Below, one piece after another: positions 37,177-47,160 of a DNA stretch of 64,000 nucleotides. Position 1 is the stretch's first letter; each line of letters begins with the position of its first letter. Source of the stretch: Bacillota bacterium (GTDB taxonomy: Bacteria; Bacillota; Limnochordia; Darwinibacteriales; Darwinibacteriaceae); NCBI GenBank assembly GCA_030054835.1, contig JASGVS010000010.1, positions 74,276-138,275 of the forward strand, in the 5' to 3' direction. A program made the position numbers and the translations under genes. The notes beneath the pieces were generated by a model. The model saw nothing but the letters and a program-made list of their open reading frames with translations. It was not told the DNA's origin and did not search any database.

Positions 37177-37485
37177 GGGGAAAACGTTGATCACAGGTTC
37201 TTCATAGGGATGAACCCGTTCAATTGTCTCAACTGCCAGATCAACAAGTGTGGCTTCCAGACGTGTTTCCAACTTCACTTCCGGAGCTGAGCTCAGTGTA
37301 CCCAGCTCACCCAAAAATGGTTCTGCCCCGGCTAAAGGCCGCCAGTAACCGGTCACTTCCGAAGTGGAAAAACAGTGGACGTAGTTCCCGATTTTCCCCA
37401 CCCCGATTTCTCCCAGGGCTGCCACGATCTTGCCCACATACTCCTTGGGCACGAACACTTCCAACTTACAATGGATGTAATCCAT
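37165..37485 (-). CDS. stand-alone PII-like domain protein homologous to the insertion domain of Nif3/YqfO proteins
   Basis: MDYIHCKLEVFVPKEYVGKIVAALGEIGVGKIGNYVHCFSTSEVTGYWRPLAGAEPFLGE...HPYEEPVINVFPL; ATG at 37485 with GGGGAGGGG RBS; upstream in-frame extension in ORF track (to 37587) is probably not translated. Confidence 0.5.
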   Translation of the reverse strand: MDYIHCKLEVFVPKEYVGKIVAALGEIGVGKIGNYVHCFSTSEVTGYWRPLAGAEPFLGELGTLSSAPEVKLETRLEATLVDLAVETIERVHPYEEPVINVFPLLY

Positions 37486-37498
37486 AGCCGCCCCTCCC

Positions 37499-38014
37499 CT
37501 AGGCGATGGTGCAGCCCAACGTGTTTTTCGCTTCTTTGAGGGCGAATTTGTGTGCCTCTGGATCGAAGGAGGCAACACCATCCCCATAGATCGTTACCGC
37601 ATAGTTCAAGTTGCGGGCATCGGCAGCGCTGTACAGCACGCAGATGTTGGTGTTCACCCCAACTAAGTGAATCTCGCTAATTCCCCTCTCCCGCAGGTAC
37701 AGATCGAGATCGGTTCCGAAAAAGGCGCTGTAACGGCGCTTTTTGATAATCTTATCCTCCGGTGCCACCTGCAGTTCGTCAATGATCTCACTGCCTTCAC
37801 TGCCTGCCAAACAGTGGGGGGTGAACATATCGAATTCCTTATCATCCCGTTCGTGGCTGTCGCAGATGTAAATGATGGGATAACCTTGCTGGCGAAATTC
37901 CTCTATTTTCCCCTGAATAAAGGGGATAATCTCCCTGCCTGCCTCACCTGTTGTGAGCACCCCATCCAGTTCGATGAAATCCTTCAGCATATCAATAATC
38001 AACAACGCTTTCAC
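37499..38014 (-). CDS. isochorismatase-family cysteine hydrolase (nicotinamidase-like)
   Basis: ALLIIDMLKDF...ICDSH...GVNTNICV catalytic triad arrangement (D-K-C). Confidence 0.7.
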   Translation of the reverse strand: MKALLIIDMLKDFIELDGVLTTGEAGREIIPFIQGKIEEFRQQGYPIIYICDSHERDDKEFDMFTPHCLAGSEGSEIIDELQVAPEDKIIKKRRYSAFFGTDLDLYLRERGISEIHLVGVNTNICVLYSAADARNLNYAVTIYGDGVASFDPEAHKFALKEAKNTLGCTIA

Positions 38015-38034
38015 TGCGTTTCCCCCTTTAACAT

Positions 38035-38568
38035 CTAGGCTCTAGTGTATTTCTCCCTATGAACCTTGTGGAAGTCAAGTTCTTCATCCCTGTAAGGCTG
38101 TTTTTCCTCTGCGGGATAACCCACTGCAATTATCGCCTGCACCCGCAAGTGTTCGGGCAGGCCCAGAATCTCCTGCACGTATGCTTCCGAACTTCTACCG
38201 CTGGGCTGCTTCCTTTCCCGCATCTGAATCCAGCAGGCTCCCAAGCCCAAGGCCTGGGCTGCCAACAAAACGTATGTGCTGGCGATGGAGGTGTTTTCCA
38301 TCCAAATATCGCTTGCCCGCTCGTCCCCGCAGACAACAACGGCCAGGGCCGCATCCTTGAGAAAGGAAGGCTGATCGCTTCTGGCATAAGCGAGTTTATG
38401 GATCGTATCGCTGTCCGTCACCAGTACAAACTCCCAAGGACGACTGCCACGGGACGAAGGTGCCCGCAGGATAGCATCTACCAGCTTTTCGACCTTTTCT
38501 TCTTCAATGGGCCGTCCCTCGTACTTCCGAATACTTCTTCTCTGTTCAACCACCTCAAAAAAATCCAT
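38035..38568 (-). CDS. nitroreductase family protein
   Basis: RRSIRKYEGRPIEEEKVEKLVDAILRAPSSRGSRPWEFV typical nitroreductase N-terminus. Confidence 0.75.
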   Translation of the reverse strand: MDFFEVVEQRRSIRKYEGRPIEEEKVEKLVDAILRAPSSRGSRPWEFVLVTDSDTIHKLAYARSDQPSFLKDAALAVVVCGDERASDIWMENTSIASTYVLLAAQALGLGACWIQMRERKQPSGRSSEAYVQEILGLPEHLRVQAIIAVGYPAEEKQPYRDEELDFHKVHREKYTRA

Positions 38569-38696
38569 ACCGATTCATCCTTTCTGGCGAGATTAGCAAT
38601 GAAACGGATAGGCTGCAAAGCACATCCCTATGTTCCATAATATTCTGCATACTACTTCGTTTATCCCTGCCCGTTCCCTCCCGCAAACAAGAGGGT

Positions 38697-38740
38697 TGAA
38701 AAAAGGGCTTCGGTTGATTGATCCGAAAGCCCATTTTCAC
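38697..38740. terminator. bidirectional intrinsic terminator
   Basis: gaaaaaaGGGCTTCGGttgattgatCCGAAAGCCCattttcac. Confidence 0.65.
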
Positions 38741-38765
38741 ATTCATGCCTTATCTGTTAACGCCG

Positions 38766-39641
38766 CTAGTTTGCAGCGGCTACCTGTTCTTTACCTACGA
38801 AAAAGGCAGCAACACCGCCCAGGCCGATGTGGCAGCCTAAAACGCAGCCCACCACGTTTACTAGGAAATTACGGTAACCCAGTTTTTCCCTGAGCAGATC
38901 CTGCAGCTGCTGGGCCTTGCCCGGATCGTCAGCGTGGGTTATGGCGATTAACTGGTCCGGATCGCCAGACGCCCGCTCCTTAACCAGTTCCACAATGCGT
39001 TCCAAGGCCTTTCTCGTACCCCGCACCTTCTGGAAAGGAATGATCAACCCGTCCTTGACGTGTAGAATGGGCTTTACGCTGAGTAGGGACCCGATAAACG
39101 CGCTGGCATAGCTCACCCTTCCGCCCCGGTGGAGGTAATTCAAATCATCCACCGAAAAGACGTGTTCAACCCCATTCTCAGACAGCTCTTCGGCCCGTTT
39201 TACTATCTCTTCCGTTCCCTTACCCTCCCTGGCCATTTGGGCTGCTTCCAAGACTATCAGACCCTGCCCCAAAGACCCGCTGCGGGTATCTACAATGGCG
39301 ATTTGGGCAGAGGGATACTCGCTCCGAACCTGATCCGCGGCCAAATGGGCGGTGGCACAGGTGCCCGACATTTTGGAAGAAAAGGCTAAATACAAGCAAG
39401 CCCGTCCCTCGCTGGCGTATTTCCTGAAGGCAGCTATAAACGAGCTGAGGGGTACCTGAGCGGTTGTGGGCACTAAATCGGCCCGGATGGCATCATACAC
39501 TTCCCTGGGCTCGATTGTCTCCCCGTCCAAAAACTCCTTACCCTCGATGTATACGGGAAAAGATAGGACTATTATGTCGTACTCTTCCACTATTTCTTGA
39601 GGCAAATCACAAGCACTATCCGTTATAATTTTCAGTGACAA
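38766..39641 (-). CDS. DegV family fatty-acid-binding protein
   Basis: (M)SLKIITDSACDLP... DegV N-terminus; TTG start with GGGAGG RBS chosen; ORF-track start 39674 upstream. Confidence 0.75.
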   Translation of the reverse strand: MSLKIITDSACDLPQEIVEEYDIIVLSFPVYIEGKEFLDGETIEPREVYDAIRADLVPTTAQVPLSSFIAAFRKYASEGRACLYLAFSSKMSGTCATAHLAADQVRSEYPSAQIAIVDTRSGSLGQGLIVLEAAQMAREGKGTEEIVKRAEELSENGVEHVFSVDDLNYLHRGGRVSYASAFIGSLLSVKPILHVKDGLIIPFQKVRGTRKALERIVELVKERASGDPDQLIAITHADDPGKAQQLQDLLREKLGYRNFLVNVVGCVLGCHIGLGGVAAFFVGKEQVAAAN

Positions 39642-39811
39642 ATAAGAACCTCCCGTATCGTTATGTTTCCACATCTTGTTACATTCTAGTTTTCGCTATA
39701 CCCGATCCCCTTTTCCTGCCACAATCCGCGTTTTTAGGGAATTTTTTCTCAAGGGTATCACATTAAGTACCCTGTAAGTCTGTATGGCGACCATATCTCC
39801 TTTTGAAACAC

Positions 39812-39840
39812 ACAAAAAAGAACCGGAACGATCCGGTTCC
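39812..39840 (-). terminator. intrinsic terminator after GH4 gene (second of two tandem hairpins; first hairpin 39859-39882 abuts the stop codon)
   Basis: minus-strand: GGAACCGGatcgtTCCGGTTCttttttgtg. Confidence 0.6.
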
Positions 39841-39881
39841 GTAAGAATTGTCTGGGTTGGAAAGCGCCCCTGGGCGCTTTC

Positions 39882-41216
39882 CTAACGCCTTTTAATCTGT
39901 TCAATAACCTCTGCAAATTGGGGTAAGTGTTCCTCGTGGGCAACGAGCATTTCATCTAGGAGCGTTTTAGCGATAGTCCCACCCGGAATAAGGGGGTTAA
40001 GGGTAAAAGCCTGTAGCGCTTTACCGTAATCACCTGTGATTGCCGCCTCGATGGTCACCTCCTCCATCGCCTTCATCAGCTGGAGCGACCCCCGCAGGGC
40101 GGGATTGAGCTTACCGAAGGCAATGGGCTGGGGCCCGGCGGAAGTCATCACACTGCTTACCTCCACCACCACATCGGCGGGCAGGTCGGGCAGGGCACCT
40201 CGGTTCAGGGTGTTCACCACCATCACACTGCGCTTGTCGTTGTAGATTGCAGATATGGCTTCGCAGGCAGCATCGGAATAATAGGCGCCGCCCCGTTTGG
40301 CTAAACGATCGGGCTTGACGTCCAAATCGGGATCACGGTAGAGGTCAAGCAGCTCCGCCTCGATCCTTTTCACCACTTCAGCCCGGGTTTCGTTCTTTTC
40401 GTAATCTTCCAGCGCTGCCTGGAGCATATCGTGGGCTAGGTAGTAATAGCGGTGGTAGCCGCAGGGCAATACACCCAGATCGCGAATCTGCTCTGCTTGG
40501 AAGTCTAGGCGGCGGATGTTCTCCATATCCTTGCCCCCATCGGCAAAGAGCACATCCATCACCTGCTCCGTAATCTCTTTACCGTCCCGGTCGTACACCC
40601 GATGCCAGTGGAAATGGTTAAGTCCGCCGTAGAGGAAGACTACATCTTCCGGATCTCGGCCGATGGCCTTTGCTTCTGTCATGGTGTGCACCAACGGAAC
40701 GTTGCACAGGCCAACGATCCGCTCAAACTGACCATATTTCAGCACCGCTTCTGTCACCATGCCGGCCGGATTGGTGAAGTTTATAACCCAAGCGTTGGGG
40801 CACAGTTCTTTAATATCTTCCACAATATCCAAAATCACAGGAATGGTGCGGAAGGCCTTGAAGATTCCCCCGGCCCCATTCGTTTCCTGGCCCAAAATGC
40901 CGTGACTTAAGGGAATCCGTTCGTCCTTTACCCTAGCATCCAACAGGCCCACCCTGAACTGGGTGGTGACGAAATCGGCATCCTTGAGGGCGGCCCGCCT
41001 ATCCAGCGTCAAATGGACCTGCCAGTCCAGTCCCGCAGCAGCCACCATCCGCTTGATTAAGCCCCCCACCACTTCCAGTTTTTCTCTGCCTTCCTCAATA
41101 TCCACAAGCCAAATTTCTCCGATGGGAAGCTCGTCTTTTCTTTGAATAAAACCTTCAATCAATTCGGGCGTGTAACTGGAGCCGCCCCCAATCGTTGCAA
41201 TTTTAAGTTTTTTTAC
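39882..41216 (-). CDS. glycoside hydrolase family 4 (NAD/Mn-dependent 6-phospho-glucosidase/alpha-glucosidase type)
   Basis: KIATIGGGSSYTPELIEGF N-terminal Rossmann motif typical of GH4; GTG start with GAAGGAGGG RBS chosen. Confidence 0.75.
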   Translation of the reverse strand, partial: VKKLKIATIGGGSSYTPELIEGFIQRKDELPIGEIWLVDIEEGREKLEVVGGLIKRMVAAAGLDWQVHLTLDRRAALKDADFVTTQFRVGLLDARVKDERIPLSHGILGQETNGAGGIFKAFRTIPVILDIVEDIKELCPNAWVINFTNPAGMVTEAVLKYGQFERIVGLCNVPLVHTMTEAKAIGRDPEDVVFLYGGLNHFHWHRVYDRDGKEITEQVMDVLFADGGKDMENIRRLDFQAEQIRDLGVLPCGYHRYYYLAHDMLQAALEDYEKNETRAEVVKRIEAELLDLYRDPDLDVKPDRLAKRGGAYYSDAACEAISAIYNDKRSVMVVNTLNRGALPDLPADVVVEVSSVMTSAGPQPIAFGKLNPALRGSLQLMKAMEEVTIEAAITGDYGKALQAFTLNPLIPGGTIAKTLLDEMLVAHEEHLPQFAEVIEQIKRR

Positions 41217-41265
41217 CACACTCGTTCCCTCCTTCAGCATACTATCCGTTGTCTTTATGCCTTTC

Positions 41266-42189
41266 CTACTTACAGTTTATTGTAATCGGCGTCCGTTCTG
41301 GGAGAAAACAGGAGACAACACCCACTAGGTTCGCATCACTCCTATACTTGGCCGCCATTATCTCAGGCCTCTGCAGCGTTTCGGTTATGGGGGGATCGGT
41401 TGCCCGGATGGCATCATGCCCCTCGTTAATGGCCTCAATTACCTGCGGCTGAGTGCTTATTCCCCCGGCGATCACGTAGCGCTGCAGGTCCAGGACAGTT
41501 TGGAGATTATAGATCAACAGGCCTACCCTCCTACCGTAAAGCCTGAGATGCTCTACCGCCTCGGCGTTCGTGTCAAGGAGGGAGAAGACCAGGGGTCCGT
41601 TAGGTTCTACCCCCAAAATGTCCGCTAGGTCGCGAATAAGGCCCACCGCCGAACACTGGCCAGCCACAAAACTTTCTTTCCCAGCGTTGTCCCGGTCTTG
41701 AATGGCAGAACTCACCTCACCCGATTGGTGATTGAGTCCCCGACGCAGCTTGCCATCGAGAATGTAACCGGAGCCAACGCCCGTTCCCAAGACGATCACG
41801 GCACCTTGCTCAACTCCCTGTAGATTGCCGGAAAAGGCTTCACCCCGTACCGCCGCCTTGGCATCGTTATCCACAAACACGGGCACGTCTGCGAATCTCT
41901 GGATCTCCTCCACTAAGTTCTTCCGGTGGAGGTACGGCAGCGCTCCGCCATACTCCACCAATCCCGTTTGGTCATCAACTTTACCGGGCACGCAGACGCC
42001 AACTCCTCTGAGGGAGCTAGGACCGCACTCGGCCACAATTTCCCGCAGGGTAGCTAAGAACAACTGGTAATCTCGGGGAGGTGTGGGCACTTTTTTCTTA
42101 AAAACAAATGCGTTATCCCGCAGCAGCGCGTATTTTATCGAGCTGCCCCCCACATCTATACCTAAATAGACCAAGACCACACCCCCCAA
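41266..42189 (-). CDS. ROK family sugar kinase (glucokinase/N-acetylglucosamine kinase-like)
   Basis: LGIDVGGSSIKYAL N-terminal ATP-binding motif, CxCGxxGC-like zinc motif region (CVPGKVD...); start codon uncertain (TTG at 42189 or TTG ~42174 with GGGGG RBS). Confidence 0.7.
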   Translation of the reverse strand: MGGVVLVYLGIDVGGSSIKYALLRDNAFVFKKKVPTPPRDYQLFLATLREIVAECGPSSLRGVGVCVPGKVDDQTGLVEYGGALPYLHRKNLVEEIQRFADVPVFVDNDAKAAVRGEAFSGNLQGVEQGAVIVLGTGVGSGYILDGKLRRGLNHQSGEVSSAIQDRDNAGKESFVAGQCSAVGLIRDLADILGVEPNGPLVFSLLDTNAEAVEHLRLYGRRVGLLIYNLQTVLDLQRYVIAGGISTQPQVIEAINEGHDAIRATDPPITETLQRPEIMAAKYRSDANLVGVVSCFLPERTPITINCK

Positions 42190-42337
42190 ATAAACTATAA
42201 CAAACTTCGCCTTGGGAAGCGGTAATTCCTGTTAATTTCTTCATGTCAGGGCAAAACAACGAATCGGGCCGATAGAATGGGGAAACCCCAGGGAAAGGGT
42301 TCCCTGGGGCTTCCTATGGGCGTATTACGGGTGTTTG

Positions 42338-43294
42338 CTAAATGAGATTCGGTAACCAATCTAACAGCACAACGTAGATTGGAATGGCTGCCACTCCCAC
42401 TAAAGTCAGGATGGGCATGGCTACAGAACAAAAGCGGTAATCACATTCATAGTCATAGGTTATCACACTGAAATTAACCGCTACGGGCATCATGGTCAGG
42501 AGAAAATACGTGATCGTTCCCAGTTCATCCAGGGGCAGCAGCCTGAGCAAAAGTAGGCTGACAACTGGCATGAGCAGGTTCTTCAGCAGTGCCGCTCGCA
42601 GTAAATCCCCAGCATACTCCCTCAATCCGGCCAACTTTATTTCAGCCAGGAGGGTACCAATAAAGAGCATGGACATGGCCAGTGTGGCCTTCGTAAACTC
42701 ACCGGTGATCCCGCTTATTACAGCCGGGATGGGTACCCGCAGTACCGCGAAAATCACACCGAGTACAACGGCAATGAGCGCCGGCGTTACTATTTTCTTG
42801 AGCCCAGCCAAGCTCAGAATCTCCCCTACCCCTTCCCCGTTTGCCCGGAGCAGCACAACGGGCGCGGTAGTCCAAAAAAAGAGCTGGAAGGCGGTGAAGT
42901 AAAAGACTCCGTAGGTGATAGCCTGGGCACCTAGCACGCTCTGAATGATGGGAAAACCAATCAGTACCACATTGGAATAGGTTATAAGCCCAACCACAAC
43001 GCTCCTGCGGAAGGGGTCTATTCCTACAAAACGCACCATAGTGAGTGCGAGCAAAAGGACAAAGGATAGGATAATTAGGGCATAAAACCACTTACTCATA
43101 ACCTCCCCAAGGGGCAGGTCATAGGCAAAATTGGTGACAACAGCATGGAAGATGTTAGCTGGCAGCAGCACTTTGGTGAGGAGGACATGCAGCATCTCCT
43201 TGCCCCCGCTGAACCAAGGCCTTTTCGCCATGAAGCAGCCAACCGCAATCATTCCCAGCAGCATCAACGTTACTTCCAATGTAGCACGGAGCAT
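42338..43294 (-). CDS. AEC (auxin efflux carrier) family transporter
   Basis: 318 aa, 10 TM, duplicated 5-TM halves typical of AEC/MleP family. Confidence 0.7.
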   Translation of the reverse strand: MLRATLEVTLMLLGMIAVGCFMAKRPWFSGGKEMLHVLLTKVLLPANIFHAVVTNFAYDLPLGEVMSKWFYALIILSFVLLLALTMVRFVGIDPFRRSVVVGLITYSNVVLIGFPIIQSVLGAQAITYGVFYFTAFQLFFWTTAPVVLLRANGEGVGEILSLAGLKKIVTPALIAVVLGVIFAVLRVPIPAVISGITGEFTKATLAMSMLFIGTLLAEIKLAGLREYAGDLLRAALLKNLLMPVVSLLLLRLLPLDELGTITYFLLTMMPVAVNFSVITYDYECDYRFCSVAMPILTLVGVAAIPIYVVLLDWLPNLI

Positions 43295-43520
43295 TTACTG
43301 CATTTCAGTCCCTTCCCCTTCGGCTGCAAAAAAGCGACCCATTGCTGGGCTTTCCTTTACCTAAAGCGAAGTATAGCTAATAACAAACCCCAGCTAAAGC
43401 CGTTCGAAATATGTATTGGACAAGTACCATCCATTTCCTCCCACTTTTTCTCCCTGGACACACTCTTGGTTAAAGCGCCCAATAATATGGTGAAAAACAA
43501 AACATTCCTGGACATACTGC

Positions 43521-43560
43521 ACAAAAAACAAGACGCAGGCGGCTGCCCGTGCGTCTTGTC
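43521..43560 (-). terminator. intrinsic terminator after CdaR-family regulator gene
   Basis: minus-strand: CAAGACGCAcgggcagccgccTGCGTCTTGttttttgt. Confidence 0.6.
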
Positions 43561-43583
43561 GGCTTTTGCATTTTGGGAAGATG

Positions 43584-44738
43584 CTAATCCTCCCTGAAAT
43601 AGCGATAAATGTGGTATGCGAGGAGCAGGGTGAACAGATCCTTTGCCTTCTTTGGATCATAGCCCGTTCTCTCCCGGATTTTGTTCGTGCGATAGAGAAG
43701 GGTGTTCCGGTGGATGAACAGGCTGTCAGCCGTCTTGCTGATATTAAGATTGTGCTCCACCAAACCCTCAATTATCTCCCCCACGTCCGGCTCGGCAAAG
43801 ACGGCTGCCGCGTCTTCGGCAAAGACGCTCTCCAAAAAGAAGCGAGCCGAGTCCCTGTCCAGGTGGGGAATACAGTAATCGTAGGCCAGTTCATCGCTGA
43901 AATGGATCCTATCTTCAGCGGGGCCGATCTTAGACCTAAGGCGGAGCGCATCACTTGCCCCGGCATAGGAATAGTGGAGCTCACTTATGTGACCCACCTC
44001 CGGTCCAACCCCGATGGCCACCTTGCTGAACTCACTGTCTAGGCTCGCCAGCATTTCTTCGGCGACCTGCCTCGCCTCACCAGCCCGAGTCACCCTGTCT
44101 TCTCTGGCTAATGTTTTGACCAAGACCAGTTCCCTGCCCCGCACCAAGAGTATATCCCGCTGCTTGTCCACCTGCAGGTTAAGGTTGAGCTCGCGAGTTA
44201 CTTGATTCACCTTCTGAGCCGCGAAGGGCCTCAGCCTCACTACCAAAACACGTCTGGGGACAGTCGGCTCGATTTGAAAAAGCTGGGCTCGGTTGATCAG
44301 GGTCTGGTGGTCTTCAATCTCGTTGCCTAACACCTGCTGATAAAAGTTCTCGACTGATTTTCTCTCCAGTTCAATCTCCTGCATCAGGAAAGCGTGGACA
44401 AGCATTAACTGAACCAAGTTACGTACCAATTCCCCGTACCGTACCACATCCTGGGGCGAACCGGTGATTCCCACCACACCGACTATTTCCTCGTTGAACT
44501 TGATGGGTAGGTAAATGCCCTCCTCTGCTCCCGGTAGGGCTTCCATCCCTTCCTTTTTAACCACTAGTCTCTGTCCAGATGACAGGACCCTGGCCGCTCC
44601 CTCATGGTAGGTATTGAGGCGCTCCCGTTTCCCACTGCCCACGATTATCCCTGCGCGGTCCATGATATTGACGTTTCTTCCCAACACTTCCATCGTCTTT
44701 TCTGCGATCTGCTGCGCCAATTCTTGATTTAGTTGCAT
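43584..44738 (-). CDS. CdaR/PucR-family transcriptional regulator (sugar-diacid-regulator-like N-terminal domain + C-terminal PucR HTH)
   Basis: N-terminal MQLNQELAQQIAEKTMEVLGRNVNIMDRAGIIVGSG (Diacid_rec domain), C-terminal ...LFIHRNTLLYRTNKIRERTG (HTH_30). Confidence 0.7.
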   Translation of the reverse strand: MQLNQELAQQIAEKTMEVLGRNVNIMDRAGIIVGSGKRERLNTYHEGAARVLSSGQRLVVKKEGMEALPGAEEGIYLPIKFNEEIVGVVGITGSPQDVVRYGELVRNLVQLMLVHAFLMQEIELERKSVENFYQQVLGNEIEDHQTLINRAQLFQIEPTVPRRVLVVRLRPFAAQKVNQVTRELNLNLQVDKQRDILLVRGRELVLVKTLAREDRVTRAGEARQVAEEMLASLDSEFSKVAIGVGPEVGHISELHYSYAGASDALRLRSKIGPAEDRIHFSDELAYDYCIPHLDRDSARFFLESVFAEDAAAVFAEPDVGEIIEGLVEHNLNISKTADSLFIHRNTLLYRTNKIRERTGYDPKKAKDLFTLLLAYHIYRYFRED

Positions 44739-44987
44739 CTTTATCTACCTTCTTATTGGTTTTCCTTTCCCTCCTACGATATAAACGTCTAGTGTCCCGT
44801 CAACGTCAATTCTACCAACTATGTTTATTGTATTTCGCCCTAACCCCTTTGTCAAAGCCTGGAATCCGCAGTTTTCACATATTTTCAGGAAATGACCTCG
44901 TTTTTTGATCTAGATCATTTCCGGCCCCGCGCGGGCATGCTAAACTAAATGTGCAATCACAAATGGAAATACGAAAGGAGATTGGCA

Positions 44988-45269
44988 ATGACCAAATTCA
45001 AATCAGTCCAGGAGCAGCACTTCCCCACACTTGATATTTACGTACCGGTTGTAGCCCGGGTGCACGGAGGAAGTCATCCCGAATTCCATAAAGTGAAGGA
45101 ACTCTATGAACAGATCAAAACCAAGGTAGCCGAGGCCGAAAGCCTGGCCCAGGAGTTCGCCGAGCTGCGCCAGGTTACGGATGACTACACAGTACCTGGA
45201 GATGTCTGCGAAAGCTACGAAGCCGTGTATAAAATGCTGGAGGAACTGGATCAGGCTTACCACGCTTAA
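44988..45269 (+). CDS. small His-rich cytoplasmic protein of unknown function, first gene of P-type ATPase operon
   Basis: ATG at 44988 with GAAAGGAG RBS; MTKFKSVQEQHFPTLDIYVPVVARVHGGSHPEFHKV...; five His, acidic C-terminus. Confidence 0.5.
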   Translation: MTKFKSVQEQHFPTLDIYVPVVARVHGGSHPEFHKVKELYEQIKTKVAEAESLAQEFAELRQVTDDYTVPGDVCESYEAVYKMLEELDQAYHA

Positions 45270-45303
45270 TACGGCTGCAATTCGGCTTTAAAGGAGTGAA
45301 ACG

Positions 45304-47160
45304 ATGCAGCGCTTTATTTTAGCCAACAAGAACAAGATAGCTTTATTGAGCGGAATACTAATTGCAGTTGCCTTTTTGAGCAGGTGGCTGTTGGCGGCAG
45401 ATACAGTCTTTGAATTAGCCTTAATAGCTGCTTCCGTTATCGGAGTAGCGCCCATTGCTATCCAAGCCTACCAAGCTCTTCGAGTAAAGGTAATCAGCAT
45501 TGACGTCCTCGTTACAATAGCCGTTCTGGGCGCCTTTGCCATCCGCAACTTCGAAGAGTCGGCTGTTGTTACCTTCCTCTTCCTCTTCGGTGCCTATTTA
45601 GAACTGCGCACCCTGAACAAAACCCGTTCCGCCATTAAGGAGTTGACCGAGATGGCCCCGGAGAGCGCCTTGAAGCGGATGGAAAACGGTGAGTTTGTGG
45701 AAGTCGAAGTAGACGACGTGGACATCGGCGATATCCTTCTAGTCAAAACTGGAGCAAAGGTCCCGGTGGACGGCACCGTTATCTCCGGTGAAGGGGCTGT
45801 AAACGAGGCAAGCATTACAGGCGAATCACTACCAGTTGCCAAGGAAATGGGCTCTACCGTTTACGCAGGAACCATTCTGGATAACGGTACCATCCAGATC
45901 AAAGCGGATCGGGTGGGTGAAGACACAACGTTCGGCCGGATCATTGAACTGGTGGAAGAAGCACAGGACTCAAAATCGGAGGCGGAACGGTTCATCGACC
46001 GCTTTTCCAAGTACTACACTCCCGCTGTCCTGCTCATGGCCTTTATCGTCTGGCTCTTTTCCAGGGATATTGAACTGGCCATCACCATTTTAGTTTTGGG
46101 CTGCCCGGGAGCACTGGTAATTGGTGTACCCGTATCCCACGTAGCCGGAATCGGCAACGGCGCCCGTCACGGTGTCCTACTCAAGGGTTCGGAAACCATC
46201 AGTGATTTCAGCCGTCTGGATACAATCATCTTTGATAAGACAGGTACCTTAACGCTGGGTAATCCGTCTGTAGCGGAGAAAGAATTCTACGGAGATCAAA
46301 TTGAGGAAGCGCTGAGCTTCCTGGCCAGTGTGGAAGGGGAATCGGATCATCCCCTGGCCAAGGCAGTGCTGGCGGAAATCGGTGAAGTGGCCACCTACCC
46401 CGTTGAAAACACGGAAGTTGTGAAAGGCGAAGGAATTACTGCCACCGTGAACGGTAAACAAGTTGCGGTGGGCAGCGCTGCCCTAATGGAGCGCTTGGGG
46501 ATTCAGCTCTCTGCCAAAGCGCAGGCTGACGCCAAACGCTTGGAGGAAAAGGGCAACTCGCTGGTTATGACGGCAGTTGAAGGTGAACTGAAGGTAATGT
46601 ACGGCATTAGGGATCTGGTCCGCCCTGGTGTGAAGAAAGATCTGGAGCGCCTCAGGCGTCTTGGCATCCGCAAACTTATTATGCTCTCCGGTGATAACCA
46701 AGGCACGGTGGATGTGGTGAGCAGAGAACTGGGCTTGGATGAAGCCCACGGCAACATGCTGCCTGAGCATAAATCGGCCTACGTACAAAGATTAATTGAG
46801 GAGAAGGGTGAAATTGTGGCCTTTGTGGGCGATGGCGTCAACGACAGCCCATCTCTAGCCCTGGCCCAGATCGGCATTGCCATGGGCGGAGGTACAGACG
46901 TGGCAATTGAAACATCAGATGTGGTTCTAATGAACTCGGACTTCAGCCGTCTACCCCACGCCTACGGCTTGACGAAGGCCATTTCCCGAAACATGAAGCA
47001 GAACATCATCATCGCAGTTGGCGTAGTCTTTATTCTTTTGGCCAGCGTTCTTTTTAGCGATTGGATGAACATGTCCATCGGCATGCTCGTTCATGAAGGC
47101 AGTATTCTAGCAGTTATCCTCAACGGTATGCGCCTGCTCCGTTATAAACTGAGAACTTAA
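45304..47160 (+). CDS. P1B-type heavy-metal-translocating P-type ATPase lacking N-terminal HMA domain, with CPG (not CPC) transmembrane motif
   Basis: 8-TM topology with 4 TM before actuator domain, TGES, CPGALVIGVP in TM6, DKTGTLT phosphorylation site, GDGVNDSPSLA hinge; 618 aa. Confidence 0.8.
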   Translation: MQRFILANKNKIALLSGILIAVAFLSRWLLAADTVFELALIAASVIGVAPIAIQAYQALRVKVISIDVLVTIAVLGAFAIRNFEESAVVTFLFLFGAYLELRTLNKTRSAIKELTEMAPESALKRMENGEFVEVEVDDVDIGDILLVKTGAKVPVDGTVISGEGAVNEASITGESLPVAKEMGSTVYAGTILDNGTIQIKADRVGEDTTFGRIIELVEEAQDSKSEAERFIDRFSKYYTPAVLLMAFIVWLFSRDIELAITILVLGCPGALVIGVPVSHVAGIGNGARHGVLLKGSETISDFSRLDTIIFDKTGTLTLGNPSVAEKEFYGDQIEEALSFLASVEGESDHPLAKAVLAEIGEVATYPVENTEVVKGEGITATVNGKQVAVGSAALMERLGIQLSAKAQADAKRLEEKGNSLVMTAVEGELKVMYGIRDLVRPGVKKDLERLRRLGIRKLIMLSGDNQGTVDVVSRELGLDEAHGNMLPEHKSAYVQRLIEEKGEIVAFVGDGVNDSPSLALAQIGIAMGGGTDVAIETSDVVLMNSDFSRLPHAYGLTKAISRNMKQNIIIAVGVVFILLASVLFSDWMNMSIGMLVHEGSILAVILNGMRLLRYKLRT

